From the NCBI GenBank assembly GCA_963664705.1, contig OY761556.1, positions 2,528,001 through 2,592,000 on the forward strand: DNA of 64,000 nt, given 5' to 3'. Shown piece after piece: positions 30,065 to 40,300 of the stretch; position 1 is the first letter of the stretch; every line of letters begins with the position of its first letter. This stretch comes from Acidobacteriota bacterium. GTDB taxonomy: Bacteria > Acidobacteriota > UBA6911. Both the position numbers and the translations under genes were made by a program. The notes below the pieces were generated by a model. That model was not told where the DNA came from and did no database searches. It saw only the letters and a program-made list of their open reading frames with translations.

Positions 30065-30835
30065 TTACTTTCCCCATCCGATCGAGAGGCCTGCAAAGAT
30101 GTTCGTGGTTTGCTGCGGAGTTGAAATATTGGTTTTGGTCCAGCGCACTTCGGGTGAAAGCCTCCAACCTTTCTTTCCGATCGGGATCACTCCGAAAATC
30201 CCATTGGTCCAGGCACAGCCGGCGTTGCTTTCGCCCGCCCCCGGACCGATCGCAGTTGTCAGAAATACCGGCACGTTATCAATTAAAAACGTCTTTTGAG
30301 CGATTCCCGGCATGAACGAGAATGCGACGGTGAAAGGCTGCAGCGTCTTCGAATAAACATCCAGAAATTCCACATTGTACATTCCGGCATCCGTGATCCG
30401 GTGAAGGTAACGAACCCCGCCGCCGACTTGCGGTGTAGAGTTTTGGTTCCAGTTGGCGCCGACCATGTAAATATCTGCCGGCAGATCCTGCGCCCTCGCG
30501 ATGGAAGGAAGAATTAGGCATGCCATCAGCAGAGGCAGGATGACCGCAGCCATTCCGCCGCCCCCCGGTTTTGACTGATAGGCAAGCTTGGCCGGAGTTC
30601 CATCCGGGTTTTTAAAATGGGCGAGGAATGCGACGACAGCCTGCAGCAGTGCGACAACGGCGGCAACCGTCGCCTTGGTCTTTGGCGGGAAAAATGGCAT
30701 GATCTGGTTGAGCGACTGGATCACGATTCCCGCCATCTGAAGTACCACGTTCAATGAAATGGTCATTTTTGACAGCTCCTTTAGTTGTGAGATAAAAGGC
30801 CGAAGCTTTAGATACAGCCTGATTTCTTTAATCAT
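30065..30835 (-). CDS. Holin-like membrane region fused to an outer-membrane beta-barrel-like domain
   Basis: Two hydrophobic helices, internal signal-like segment ending ARA-Q, amphipathic strands ending FAGLSIGWGK; follows endolysin. Confidence 0.6.
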   Translation of the reverse strand: MIKEIRLYLKLRPFISQLKELSKMTISLNVVLQMAGIVIQSLNQIMPFFPPKTKATVAAVVALLQAVVAFLAHFKNPDGTPAKLAYQSKPGGGGMAAVILPLLMACLILPSIARAQDLPADIYMVGANWNQNSTPQVGGGVRYLHRITDAGMYNVEFLDVYSKTLQPFTVAFSFMPGIAQKTFLIDNVPVFLTTAIGPGAGESNAGCAWTNGIFGVIPIGKKGWRLSPEVRWTKTNISTPQQTTNIFAGLSIGWGK

Positions 30836-31254
30836 TCCCCTTCCTCCTCATGCGAGATCGTGATCTCGACATGCATTCGGTTCCGCAGAACTGAGTGAAG
30901 TTTTTCGAACAGGGCATCGAAGGCAACCCGGGAGGATCCGATCCAGTCAGGTTTGGGCCCCCGCGTCCGGCCGACGAGCAGGCAGCCATCCGTATTCGCC
31001 GCCGTATTGCCGGAGTGGATCCGGATCCCGGTGAATCCGGGCACATCGAGAATGAGCGGCATGTCCCGGTTGAACCGCCGGGAGTGGTCGATGATTACCG
31101 TGTATGTGCCCTCTGGGATCGCGGTTTCTCCCGGGACTTTGGGCCCGGTCCGAACCCTATCCTCCAGCACGTAGCACTCCTCGGCGCCATCGACATACAG
31201 GATTCCGACAGTGCTGATTTCCGTGAACCATTTGCGGACGAGATGGAGGATCAT
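30832..31254 (-). CDS. DUF5675 protein, L,D-transpeptidase-like putative endolysin
   Basis: TAIPEGTY...IRIHSGN....GCLLVG. Confidence 0.85.
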   Translation of the reverse strand: MILHLVRKWFTEISTVGILYVDGAEECYVLEDRVRTGPKVPGETAIPEGTYTVIIDHSRRFNRDMPLILDVPGFTGIRIHSGNTAANTDGCLLVGRTRGPKPDWIGSSRVAFDALFEKLHSVLRNRMHVEITISHEEEGE

Positions 31255-31703
31255 AACTTTTTCATCAGCTCCTGGGCATGCAGCAAGAGCAGCAGCACGA
31301 CCCCCGTCCCGATGATCCGGATGAGCGGATACAGGAGCTTCTCCCGCCAGGTGCCGCTCGTTTTTTCAGAAGCGAGCCGCTCGCAGATCATCCGGTCGAG
31401 GTCTCCGATCCTCCGCTCGATGGCATTCAGGCCCCGCGTAATCGATTCCTCCTTGTCATCCAGCTTCGCAGCGAGCTTCTCGATCTTCTCCCTCTGTGGG
31501 CAGTCGATGACGTGGGTGAGCAGCGCCGCCTTGTTTTCGTCCGTACGCTGGTAGAGCGTGGCGATGGATCCGTTGACTTTGTCGAGACGGGACTTCACGT
31601 CGACATCCAGACGCCGGCAGATCTCGTCCTGCCCGGCTCCGAGTGTTTCGAGCTTGCCGTGTATCGCCCCCAGCTCAAAGGCATAGTTCGTGTGTTCAGT
31701 CAT
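31251..31703 (-). CDS. Coiled-coil protein with C-terminal TM (holin-like)
   Basis: IIGTGVVLLLLL anchor, coupled to endolysin. Confidence 0.65.
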   Translation of the reverse strand: MTEHTNYAFELGAIHGKLETLGAGQDEICRRLDVDVKSRLDKVNGSIATLYQRTDENKAALLTHVIDCPQREKIEKLAAKLDDKEESITRGLNAIERRIGDLDRMICERLASEKTSGTWREKLLYPLIRIIGTGVVLLLLLHAQELMKKL

Positions 31704-31753
31704 GGTCGTACCTGGTGCTCCGGATTTGGAAAGGAATATTTGTGCGGGAATGC

Positions 31754-32881
31754 CTAATACAGTTCGACCCCGTACCATTTCTTCGCGACATACCTCCAGC
31801 CGGCCTTTGCGAGACTGGCCATCGGAGATATCGCGACTGAAAGAACCTTGTTGTAGCTTTTCCCTAGGACCGCCGAACTGCCAGCGAGCATAAACAGGGT
31901 TTTAGAGATCCGCTTTGACAGGGACGCAGCCGATGCCCGGACTGTCACGAATGTCATGCCTATGGCGCGCGTGAGTTTTGCCGAAGCGGCACTTGCGACG
32001 GCAAGCGTTCTCGTCAACGACATCAGTCGGGACAATGTCGCGGCCGAGCCCGCCGGCACCGGCATAAATCTCATCCATGTGAATGATCGGCTCAACACAG
32101 CAACGGTACCCGCGGTTGCAAGGAGGTTCCTTGCGATCACCCGCCCCCAGTTCAGCAATAATGAACTGCCCTCCGTGATCCGTTGAATGAGGCTAATCTT
32201 CCTGGCAAGAGAGCTGTCTGAGCCCTGCGGAATGGAAAGGCTTCGCCGGTAGGAGCTCAGCCTGCCCAGCAGCGCGGTTCCGAAAGTTGACACCGGCAGC
32301 GACTTCAGAAACTTCCGCAGCAATCCGAGCGATATGCCGGGCGAGTGCGCGATTGTGAGCGATCTCGTGTACTGGGTGGCGATTGCCTCAACGCCGACGC
32401 GGAGGAGTTGCTCGTAGGCGTTTGTCGTCCATCCGGCCGTGTCGATGGTAGCTGGGAGACCATTACTGAAATACGTGTTGTTGGCAAGCGACTGCTGCCA
32501 TATCTGGTTTGGCGTGCGGTGACGAACGAAGTTGGAGAATGCTCCGTGCCCGGCGTAGGCCAGCTGATAGCTGACGCCTCCGACCAGGTTTACCGGATTG
32601 GGTGTAATGGCCTCTTCGCCGAAATGCCCGATCCAGTCGGCGGCGATGTTGGTAACAGGCACGGCGGCAGTGCCCTGACAGACCAGGGTGGTCCCGCTGT
32701 AAACGGCGACGCGGATCGACGGCACCTGGTAAATGCTTTTGCATGTGTAGTAGCTGAGTTCCCGGACCCGCATGTTCCCACTGCCGGGGCAGACGTAGGC
32801 GGTCGAACCGCTGTGCCACGCCTGGTCATTTCCGCATTCGGCGGTAGTGGTGTAGCTGCCGGTCACGCCAAAGTACTGCAC
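31754..32881 (-). CDS. Putative tail fibre/appendage protein with C-terminal basic repeats
   Basis: Beta-rich N-terminal ~165 aa then ~10 repeats of 18-20 aa. Confidence 0.65.
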   Translation of the reverse strand: MQYFGVTGSYTTTAECGNDQAWHSGSTAYVCPGSGNMRVRELSYYTCKSIYQVPSIRVAVYSGTTLVCQGTAAVPVTNIAADWIGHFGEEAITPNPVNLVGGVSYQLAYAGHGAFSNFVRHRTPNQIWQQSLANNTYFSNGLPATIDTAGWTTNAYEQLLRVGVEAIATQYTRSLTIAHSPGISLGLLRKFLKSLPVSTFGTALLGRLSSYRRSLSIPQGSDSSLARKISLIQRITEGSSLLLNWGRVIARNLLATAGTVAVLSRSFTWMRFMPVPAGSAATLSRLMSLTRTLAVASAASAKLTRAIGMTFVTVRASAASLSKRISKTLFMLAGSSAVLGKSYNKVLSVAISPMASLAKAGWRYVAKKWYGVELY

Positions 32882-32882
32882 G

Positions 32883-33074
32883 TTAGATCACCTTTTCCGA
32901 CGACTGCAAATCGGGAATCAGATAATCGTCCTTTGTCATGTCGGCCCGCTTCATGGTGTTCTTCTGAGTGGTGGTCAGGCCATTGAAGAAAGCCTTGAGA
33001 AGATCGTATGCCGCATCCCTCTTGGCGGCCGTGTCGAATGTTGCTGTCGCGATAACTCTGTACTCTGCCTGCAT
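32883..33074 (-). CDS. Hypothetical tail-region protein
   Basis: 63 aa, AAGGAG RBS. Confidence 0.7.
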   Translation of the reverse strand: MQAEYRVIATATFDTAAKRDAAYDLLKAFFNGLTTTQKNTMKRADMTKDDYLIPDLQSSEKVI

Positions 33075-33083
33075 CGCTTCTCC

Positions 33084-33488
33084 TTAGGTGAACTGAATCT
33101 GGAATGTGAACTGGATGGAGTCGCCGACATTCAGCGCCACCCCGGCGAAGTCGCCCTTGATGAATCCGTTGCCCGCGCTCGAGGCATCGAAACAGCCGGC
33201 ATTGGTGATGGTCTTGCCGGCACCGGCGCAGGTGAGGGTCCCGACGACGCGGTATGCGTCGTTCGTTGCGCTGACGGTCTGCTGCGAGGTCGTGCCGGCA
33301 ACCCGGGCCTCGGAGGCCTCGGTGAACAGCGTCGTGTCGCCGGCCGCCGCCGTCCCGGCGCCCGTGCCCCACGCGACATAGGCGGGCTCCGTTCCTCCCC
33401 CTTTCAGCCGGCTGGTGATGATCGCGCGGCCGGTGTTGAGCAGCACGGTCGCGCCGAAAACAAAAGCGCAAAGAATCATTGAAAGCAT
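33084..33488 (-). CDS. Minor tail/structural protein
   Basis: YVAWGTGAGT..GDTTLFTE, ITNAG.FDA..GN, GDSIQFTF. Confidence 0.8.
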   Translation of the reverse strand: MLSMILCAFVFGATVLLNTGRAIITSRLKGGGTEPAYVAWGTGAGTAAAGDTTLFTEASEARVAGTTSQQTVSATNDAYRVVGTLTCAGAGKTITNAGCFDASSAGNGFIKGDFAGVALNVGDSIQFTFQIQFT

Positions 33489-33655
33489 TTCCGCTCCTTT
33501 ATCCATCTGTGGATGTTCCAGGCAATCCGCCTGAACGGGTTATTGTGGTAGTAGGAAACAACGCCCCGGTTCTCTTTCCGGCCGTCCTTGCGGATGACGA
33601 CCATCGAGATCGAGGCCTCTTTAACGGGCAATGTTCTGTTGAACTGCATTCCCAT
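33476..33655 (-). CDS. Small phage protein (59 aa, below ORF-track cutoff)
   Basis: MGMQFNRTLPVKEASISMVVIRKDGRKENRGVVSYYHNNPFRRIAW...; AAGGAG RBS; fills the gap exactly. Confidence 0.7.
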   Translation of the reverse strand: MGMQFNRTLPVKEASISMVVIRKDGRKENRGVVSYYHNNPFRRIAWNIHRWIKERKCFQ

Positions 33656-33670
33656 GTATGGGCTCTCTCC

Positions 33671-36600
33671 TTAAGTCCAGTATCCGGCCACCACGAGCTG
33701 AAACGTGCTCCAGGCTCCGGCCTTGTATTGAATCCGCCTGTTTTCGTCGCAGGCGACCATGAGTTTTCCCCAGTTGTTGTCATAGTTGCGCGCGGCAAAG
33801 GTTACGCGGTCGCTGATTACCTCGTTGGTTCGGCCGTATTTTCGGACAATGAAGTAGGCGCCGGCATAGGGCGTGCAGACGTAATTCAGCAGGATCATCC
33901 GGTACCCCGCGGGCACGATGCCCGACAGATCCAGGGTCTGATAGTTTCCGTTGACGACAAGGTCTCCGCCGATGCCGTCGACGTAGGTCCAGTCCCATGC
34001 CGTGACGTCGCCCCTTACGGAGCTGACGGTGCCTTCGGAGATGTGCCCGATCTGAATCGACCCGGTGCGGATCTTGTCGGCCACGATTTCACCAGCCTGA
34101 ATTTTGTCGGCAGTGATGGCGCCCGCCGATATCTTCTCGGCGGTAATCGCACCCGCCGCGATGTTGTTTGCCTGTATGCATCCTGCCGCAAGTTGGGCCG
34201 TGTCGACGGCTCCCGCCGCGATCTTCCCGGCAATAACGGCGTTGGCCTTGATCTGGTTTGCATCCACGGCATCGGCCGCGATCTTGCCCGCGATCACGGA
34301 GTTTGCCGCAAGTTGGATCGATGAGATCTGACCGGCGGCGATGTTTCCGGCCTGGATTGTGCCGGCGGCTATCTGGGTGCCGGTGATCGAACCTGATGCA
34401 ATCTGGGCGGCCGTGATCGTATTGGCCGCGATCTCGTTGGCAGTCACGGCGCCCGCTGCCAGCTTGGGAGTCGATACGGCGCCGTCGGCTATGTTGGTCT
34501 GGGTGATTTGCGTGGTGAGCTTGGCCGCCGAGATGCCTGCGAGCTGGTAGTCCTGCAGCTGGCCGGTGACTTTCGATGCCGCGATGGCCGCGATCTGGGA
34601 ATCGGAGAGCGATCCATAGATGACACTGGCGTCCACGACCGACCCGGTGCTCCATTGCTGCAGGCAGTAGCCGGTGTTATTGATGGCCACGATGAGCTTG
34701 TTCGAACTGAGATCGAGCAGGTTCGACGAAGTGAAGGCGGCCGGCGTGTTCGGGCTCCAATAGATATATTTGAGGTTCGTGTTGCCGTTGGCGATCGAAT
34801 ACTCTTCGTTCTGATACTGCACTTTGATATTCGTCCATGAAACATATCCAAAGGAGGGCGAGTTATTGGAGAAGGCGCCCGCAGTTACCGCAAAGAGAGT
34901 GCTGTTCAGCACTTTCTTTCTGAAATCCGTATTGAGGTCCGCATCATTGATCCCGTTCAGGCTGACCGGGCCGGCTGCGTCGGACCAGTATCCCAGGCCG
35001 AAAGCGTTCGAACCTCTCACCCGCACGTAATACTGTTCGCATTCGAGCCCGGTGATGACTTTCCGGAAGTGAGACGAAGCGGGCAGCGCCGCCGGGTCGA
35101 GCAGTTTCGTCGGGACGCTGACGGCAAGTCGAACCTGTTCCCAGGAAGGCACGACGATCTCGTAATTGAGACCGGAGCCTCCGAGTTTCAGCTGGCTGTC
35201 GATTGTTATCTGCGAATGAGAATCGACGCTTACGATCACTCCGGTCGATCTCATGTGGTGCTGGTCGGCGGGCCCGTCGTACACCCAGAGCGTGCGCCCG
35301 GCCCAGGCGGGGATGAAGGGCCCGGACGGGTCGGTGAAGACATAAGATCCCTTTTCGCACTGTCCGGATGTCCCCAGGTGCAGTTGACTGTCCGAGGGCA
35401 TGGGAAGGACACCGTCGATCTGGTAGTCATATCCGAAGAGCGTTGCTTTATTAGCGGCGGGAGCGTCCCACTGGAGGACAAGCTGGTTGCCGGGTACGGA
35501 TGGATCTGACGCCTGGGCCACGAGCGAGACATTGAGAGGTGCGCTTGGTACGTCCGTGTCCGATGTCTCGACATCCCCTTCATCCTTGACCGTCACGGTG
35601 TCACTCCACGGACCCCAGCCCACGCAATTCTGGGTTCGCGCGCGTCCGTAAAAGGTCACGATTTCAGTCGTCATGTAGGTATCATTGAAGGGAGACGGTC
35701 CGGTCTGGCGATAAGCCAAGGAAGCAAACTCGGGATCCCGCGCGATTTCGATCTCGGTGGCTTTTGCGGTCACGGCATTCAATTGCGGTCTGCTGGCCCC
35801 GATGGTCAGTCGGCTCATTCCGTTGGCGTCGCGGGTGATGACGATGCCAAGGGAAGGAGCGCCGGGCACATTGGAATCGGACTGGCCCGTCGGTTCCGGA
35901 ATGGTTTTCGGCGCATAGGGAGTGGCGAGCGGTCCCAATTCGGCAACAGGCGCCTGCGTGCACGAGATCAACATGGTGATCAACCCCGATGCGTCTACTG
36001 AATACGAAAGACTGTCGATGATGAACTCGGCATCGATCGCAAGGCCGTAATCGGCAAGGGATGCAACGACTCTTATCCGATCGCCGATGTCCCGCTGCCT
36101 TACTTCGTCGAGATGGTTGTCGTTATAATCGCCTTTGACGTCGAAGGTCAGCCGCGGACGAAGATCCTTGAATACCGAGATGATGTAATCGCAATAGGTT
36201 TTCCCGTCGGGGAGATACGTCAGCCATGGACTGGGATACGGATACTCGCGTTTTCTGTATTTGGCCTGGCTTGCCGCGTCCTCGGAACTGACCGGAATCG
36301 GATCCCCTTCGACGATTGCCACGCCTCGTGCGCGCAGAACAACCAGGTGTGCCGGCTGGGGATTGGAGTTGGTGAAGGCGACTGTCAATCGTGAGCCTTT
36401 AGACGTCTTCGTCGCGGAAACATCATGGGTGATATCCAGACCGGTTCTGTCGGCTTTTGTATTGGCTTCGTAGTCAACCATTCCCCAGGAATCGACGGCG
36501 ATGTAATTGCCGGGACTGGAGGCGGTAGGGTAGCCGATATCGATGGTGAGCGATCCATTGCCAGGAACAATCGGCGGTACGCCTCCCTGATTTCCCGGGA

Positions 36601-37393
36601 CATCCGCGATGGTGACGAGAACGATTTCTTCTGAAACGTTGAAGGTGTGGATCTCGCTCGAAATGGTATTGAAGACGCCGAGGAGCGGGTTCTCCTGGCG
36701 CAGGTTCCACATCCGCAAGTCACCGCTGCCGTAGACAGCCTGGGGAATATTGCGCGGAGCCATGAACGGATTCGCTCTGTTCTCATAGCACAGGAATCCG
36801 TTTTTTGCCTCGCGCAGCCTTCCGAACTCAGCCGACTGCAGCTCGCGCATTACCTGGATCCGCGACGATCCGGGGCGAGCCCACCACTTGGATATTGTCG
36901 TCAGCCCGGCCTGGATGGATCTTTCCGTCTCTGAATACCCGTCCGCATCAAGCGAAGCGGAAATTGCCGCGCCTGTGTCTATGTTTTCCTGCAGGGGAAC
37001 GGAAACAGTCCCTTCGTTGAATTGGGCCAGCGCTCCATAGGCGACAAGCTCCGCCGTGTTGAGTCTGGCTCCCGGCGCAAACCCGACTGTCGGGACGATT
37101 GATTCCAGGAATCCCTGGAACATCGTGGTCGTGATTCCGCCCGAGGTCATCGTGATCCGCACCCGGATATTGGGAAGGATCCTGCCGTAGAGAGGTCCGG
37201 CTGCATTGAAACTGGAAAAAATGGAAGACGAGTTGTCGAGCGTGAGGGAAGCCGTGCCGGCGCTGTCGTATTCGTGCGAGGCGTTTCTGCCGAGTCGCCA
37301 CGAGGCCGACATCACGTACGCCGTGACGTCGGACCTCGCGTGATCAAACAGCCTGTTGTTGTTCCAGTCGAGATAGTAGTGAAGTTTCGCCAT
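33671..37393 (-). CDS. Tail tip/central fibre protein (hub region, FN3-like domains, 10-aa repeats, C-terminal receptor-binding domain)
   Basis: Follows TMP; FN3-like YYVRVRGSNAFGLGYWS; IxAxKIxAGx repeats at ~34050-34600. Confidence 0.85.
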   Translation of the reverse strand: MAKLHYYLDWNNNRLFDHARSDVTAYVMSASWRLGRNASHEYDSAGTASLTLDNSSSIFSSFNAAGPLYGRILPNIRVRITMTSGGITTTMFQGFLESIVPTVGFAPGARLNTAELVAYGALAQFNEGTVSVPLQENIDTGAAISASLDADGYSETERSIQAGLTTISKWWARPGSSRIQVMRELQSAEFGRLREAKNGFLCYENRANPFMAPRNIPQAVYGSGDLRMWNLRQENPLLGVFNTISSEIHTFNVSEEIVLVTIADVPGNQGGVPPIVPGNGSLTIDIGYPTASSPGNYIAVDSWGMVDYEANTKADRTGLDITHDVSATKTSKGSRLTVAFTNSNPQPAHLVVLRARGVAIVEGDPIPVSSEDAASQAKYRKREYPYPSPWLTYLPDGKTYCDYIISVFKDLRPRLTFDVKGDYNDNHLDEVRQRDIGDRIRVVASLADYGLAIDAEFIIDSLSYSVDASGLITMLISCTQAPVAELGPLATPYAPKTIPEPTGQSDSNVPGAPSLGIVITRDANGMSRLTIGASRPQLNAVTAKATEIEIARDPEFASLAYRQTGPSPFNDTYMTTEIVTFYGRARTQNCVGWGPWSDTVTVKDEGDVETSDTDVPSAPLNVSLVAQASDPSVPGNQLVLQWDAPAANKATLFGYDYQIDGVLPMPSDSQLHLGTSGQCEKGSYVFTDPSGPFIPAWAGRTLWVYDGPADQHHMRSTGVIVSVDSHSQITIDSQLKLGGSGLNYEIVVPSWEQVRLAVSVPTKLLDPAALPASSHFRKVITGLECEQYYVRVRGSNAFGLGYWSDAAGPVSLNGINDADLNTDFRKKVLNSTLFAVTAGAFSNNSPSFGYVSWTNIKVQYQNEEYSIANGNTNLKYIYWSPNTPAAFTSSNLLDLSSNKLIVAINNTGYCLQQWSTGSVVDASVIYGSLSDSQIAAIAASKVTGQLQDYQLAGISAAKLTTQITQTNIADGAVSTPKLAAGAVTANEIAANTITAAQIASGSITGTQIAAGTIQAGNIAAGQISSIQLAANSVIAGKIAADAVDANQIKANAVIAGKIAAGAVDTAQLAAGCIQANNIAAGAITAEKISAGAITADKIQAGEIVADKIRTGSIQIGHISEGTVSSVRGDVTAWDWTYVDGIGGDLVVNGNYQTLDLSGIVPAGYRMILLNYVCTPYAGAYFIVRKYGRTNEVISDRVTFAARNYDNNWGKLMVACDENRRIQYKAGAWSTFQLVVAGYWT

Positions 37394-37398
37394 TCAGA

Positions 37399-40300
37399 TC
37401 AAGCCCATTGAGGATCGTTGCGTCTCTGCAGGTCGAGGCCTGCCAGCCTTACCTGTTCAACAAAGTTTTGGAAACCATAGATAGTGCAGTTCACCAGTTG
37501 CACGATAGGCCGGCTGCTCTGGCCGTTCCTCAGTAGATTTCGTGTCTGCTCGGGATCGAGCACGGCTTCCTGGTCGTGAACGGCGATCAGGCCGCCTGTC
37601 GACGCATGGGGAATGCTGTCGAGGTATGCCTGGTACATATTCCGCAGGTCCGCTTCAGAGAATCCGGTCGCCGCGAGGCTTGGGTTCTGCTGCATCATCC
37701 AGTTCTTCCACTCGGCGAAACTCATGGGACCGGTTTCCGCAGGCACGTTTGATGCGTCCGACGCTGGCTTCGTGGCCGCGTCGCCTTGTTCGGCTGTTGC
37801 CAGGATCAGTTTGTCCAGTTCTGCGATCAGTGAGGTCTTCGCATCTCCGATCGCGTCAGTGATGTTGTTGCTGACGATCGTGAACTGCGATTCGACGGCC
37901 TCCGTCAAAGTGGTGATCTTGTCAGAGGTTTCCTGCTGTACCGTTCCGATGTAATCCAGCGCATCCTTCACTGCCGCTTGATATGCCTCATCCATTGCCG
38001 CCTTTGTCGTATCGAGGAGGCCTTGGGTGATGGTATTGAATCCCTGGTCGTATCGTTCGACCGCGGTTTTCCCTTCGTCTCCTCCGTACGCCAGTAGGGC
38101 CTTCCGCAGCTCGGGCGTCAGTTTGGTGAATGGAGTCGCCATCTTGTCCCAGTTCTGCTCCATGTCGATCAGTGGGGACAAGCCTTCAAACTTCGATGGG
38201 TCGAGCCCTGCTGCGCTGAGCGCCGAGATGACGTTGGCATTCCACTGGCCCGACAGCAGCGCCTTGATCGGATCCAGTTCCGGCGCCAGGTTCTTCAGAC
38301 CGGATTGCAGATTGTTGATGAAATTCAGGGACTCGTGCAAGCCTGGCAGCCGCGCCGCGGCGTCGAGTGTCTGCAGGTCTCCGCCGAAATCCTGGAACAT
38401 TTGACGCAGTCCGGGAAGGACTTCGCCGGTCTCCCGGAAGTGTGTGACCATGTCATTAAAGTCATTGTTAACCTTGGTCAGTTCCGAGACCTTTTCGAAA
38501 TCGCTGATATCCCCGCCGAGTTTTGCTACCTGTTCCCGCAGTTCGTCTGTGATCTCCCCCGTCTCGAGGAATGTTTGGTACATCGTTTTAACGGGTGGAA
38601 TGCTTTCCATTACGGACTTTCTCAAGTCGTTCAGATCGACGATCAGCTGCTCATACGGCTTCAGCGTATTCGCTTCGATCTCCAGACTTTTCGAGATGTC
38701 CTCGCCGATGTTCTGCATGCCGGACATCTTGCTGTCTTCCCAAGCCTTGTTCAGCGCCGACCAATCGCCTGTCAGCCGGCCGATATCAAATGCTCCCCGG
38801 AAATTGAAATTCCCCCATGAGGTCCCTACTTTCTCCAGGGATTTCAGGAAGGCCTCGGTTTTCCCTTGTGCCTGTGCGGCCTCCCAGCCGACGTTCTTCA
38901 GAAAGTCCGGGCTCGACTCGATGTTCTTCCTGTTCGGATAGGCCATCGATTCTGAGATGCCCTTCGAATTCAGGTAGTTTTTCAGCTCGTCTTCGGAAAC
39001 ATTGATTCCGCCGAAGTCCCGCGCGGCCTCCATCGATCCGGCTTCATAGGAGTTCTTTCCCATAGCCAGCTTTGCGAGCCTGGTGCCGAGTCCCGCTATC
39101 GCGCCGATAGCCGCACCGATAGGTCCGCCGAGCGCGAAGCCGGTCAGGGCTCCTCCGCCGATTCCCTCTGCCCATCCGCCGATGCCTTTCCGGCTAAGGC
39201 TGTCCATGAACATAGACATGCCGCCGCCCATCATCAGGCCGCCCATTGCTCCGCCGACACCTTTGCCATTGATTCCACCGGTGCCGGATCCGAGGAAGCC
39301 GGGGTCTCCCTCGCTCCCGAAGAATCCGCCGCTCCCTCCGCCGAAGAAATTACCGAAATCCACTCCTTTCCCGCCGGCTCCGAAGAGGCTTGCGAAGCTC
39401 ATTTTCCCTGTGGGGACAGTCGTCTTGCCGCCTTGCAGGGAGGCCGTGTAATCCATCAGGAAGGACCCGCCGGTGCCCATAGCATACGTCGAGCCGGGCG
39501 CCCATGTTCCCGTGCCATTTCCCACCTGGGGCGTGGTCGTTGGGAAGATGGGAGGTGTTGTGAAGACTCCGCCGGCGCCGGCCGATCCGCCCATTCCGAG
39601 CAGCTGGCCGAATCCGCCTTTAAATCCGGTGATGATCGATTGGACGAGGTCCAGAAACATTTGCTTCAGACTATTCATGAAAACGCTCTTGAACCAGTTG
39701 AGCAGGCTCTGGAATTTGTCTTTGCCGTTCGAGGTCAGGATGTCGAAGATTTGGCCGGCGCCGTCCCGCACCTGGTCAATCATCTTCTGGTACGCTTCCT
39801 GATGTACTCGCAGTACATCAGTGGAGAACACCTGCCCGGCCCGTTCCAGTTCCGCGCGTTCCTTTTCGCCGAGTTTTTCCAGGTCGCCTTCAGCCGCTTG
39901 CCTGAGAGGATCGTCCTCGCCGAGTTTGTTCAGCTTCGTCTGCAGTTCAGTGCGGATCTGCTCGTATTTGACGCGGATTTCTTCCGCGTTGATCATGTAA
40001 TCGATGTGGGCCTTTTCGAGCGTCATCTGCTGGCGATCCGCCTCGTTCATCGGAATCGTGGCTTGCAGGATTTCGCGCTGCGATTTCAGTTCGTCCAGGC
40101 GATTCGTGGAAATCTCTTTCGTCAGCCTGGCTTCGACTTCGTTGTAGGTCTTGACCCGGTCGAGCATCTCCTTATCAAACTTCTTCACGTAAGCGTCTAT
40201 CTCGCTCTGGCTCGGAACAAGCGCTGCGTGGCCCTTTGTATCGATGCTTTCCTGGATCTTCGCAATATCGTGGTTCAGGTCCTTGAGTTTTTTCTGCGCC

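Noticed and set aside
31754-37393. Diversity-generating retroelement targeting tail fibres
   Set aside because: No reverse transcriptase and no template/variable repeat pair seen.
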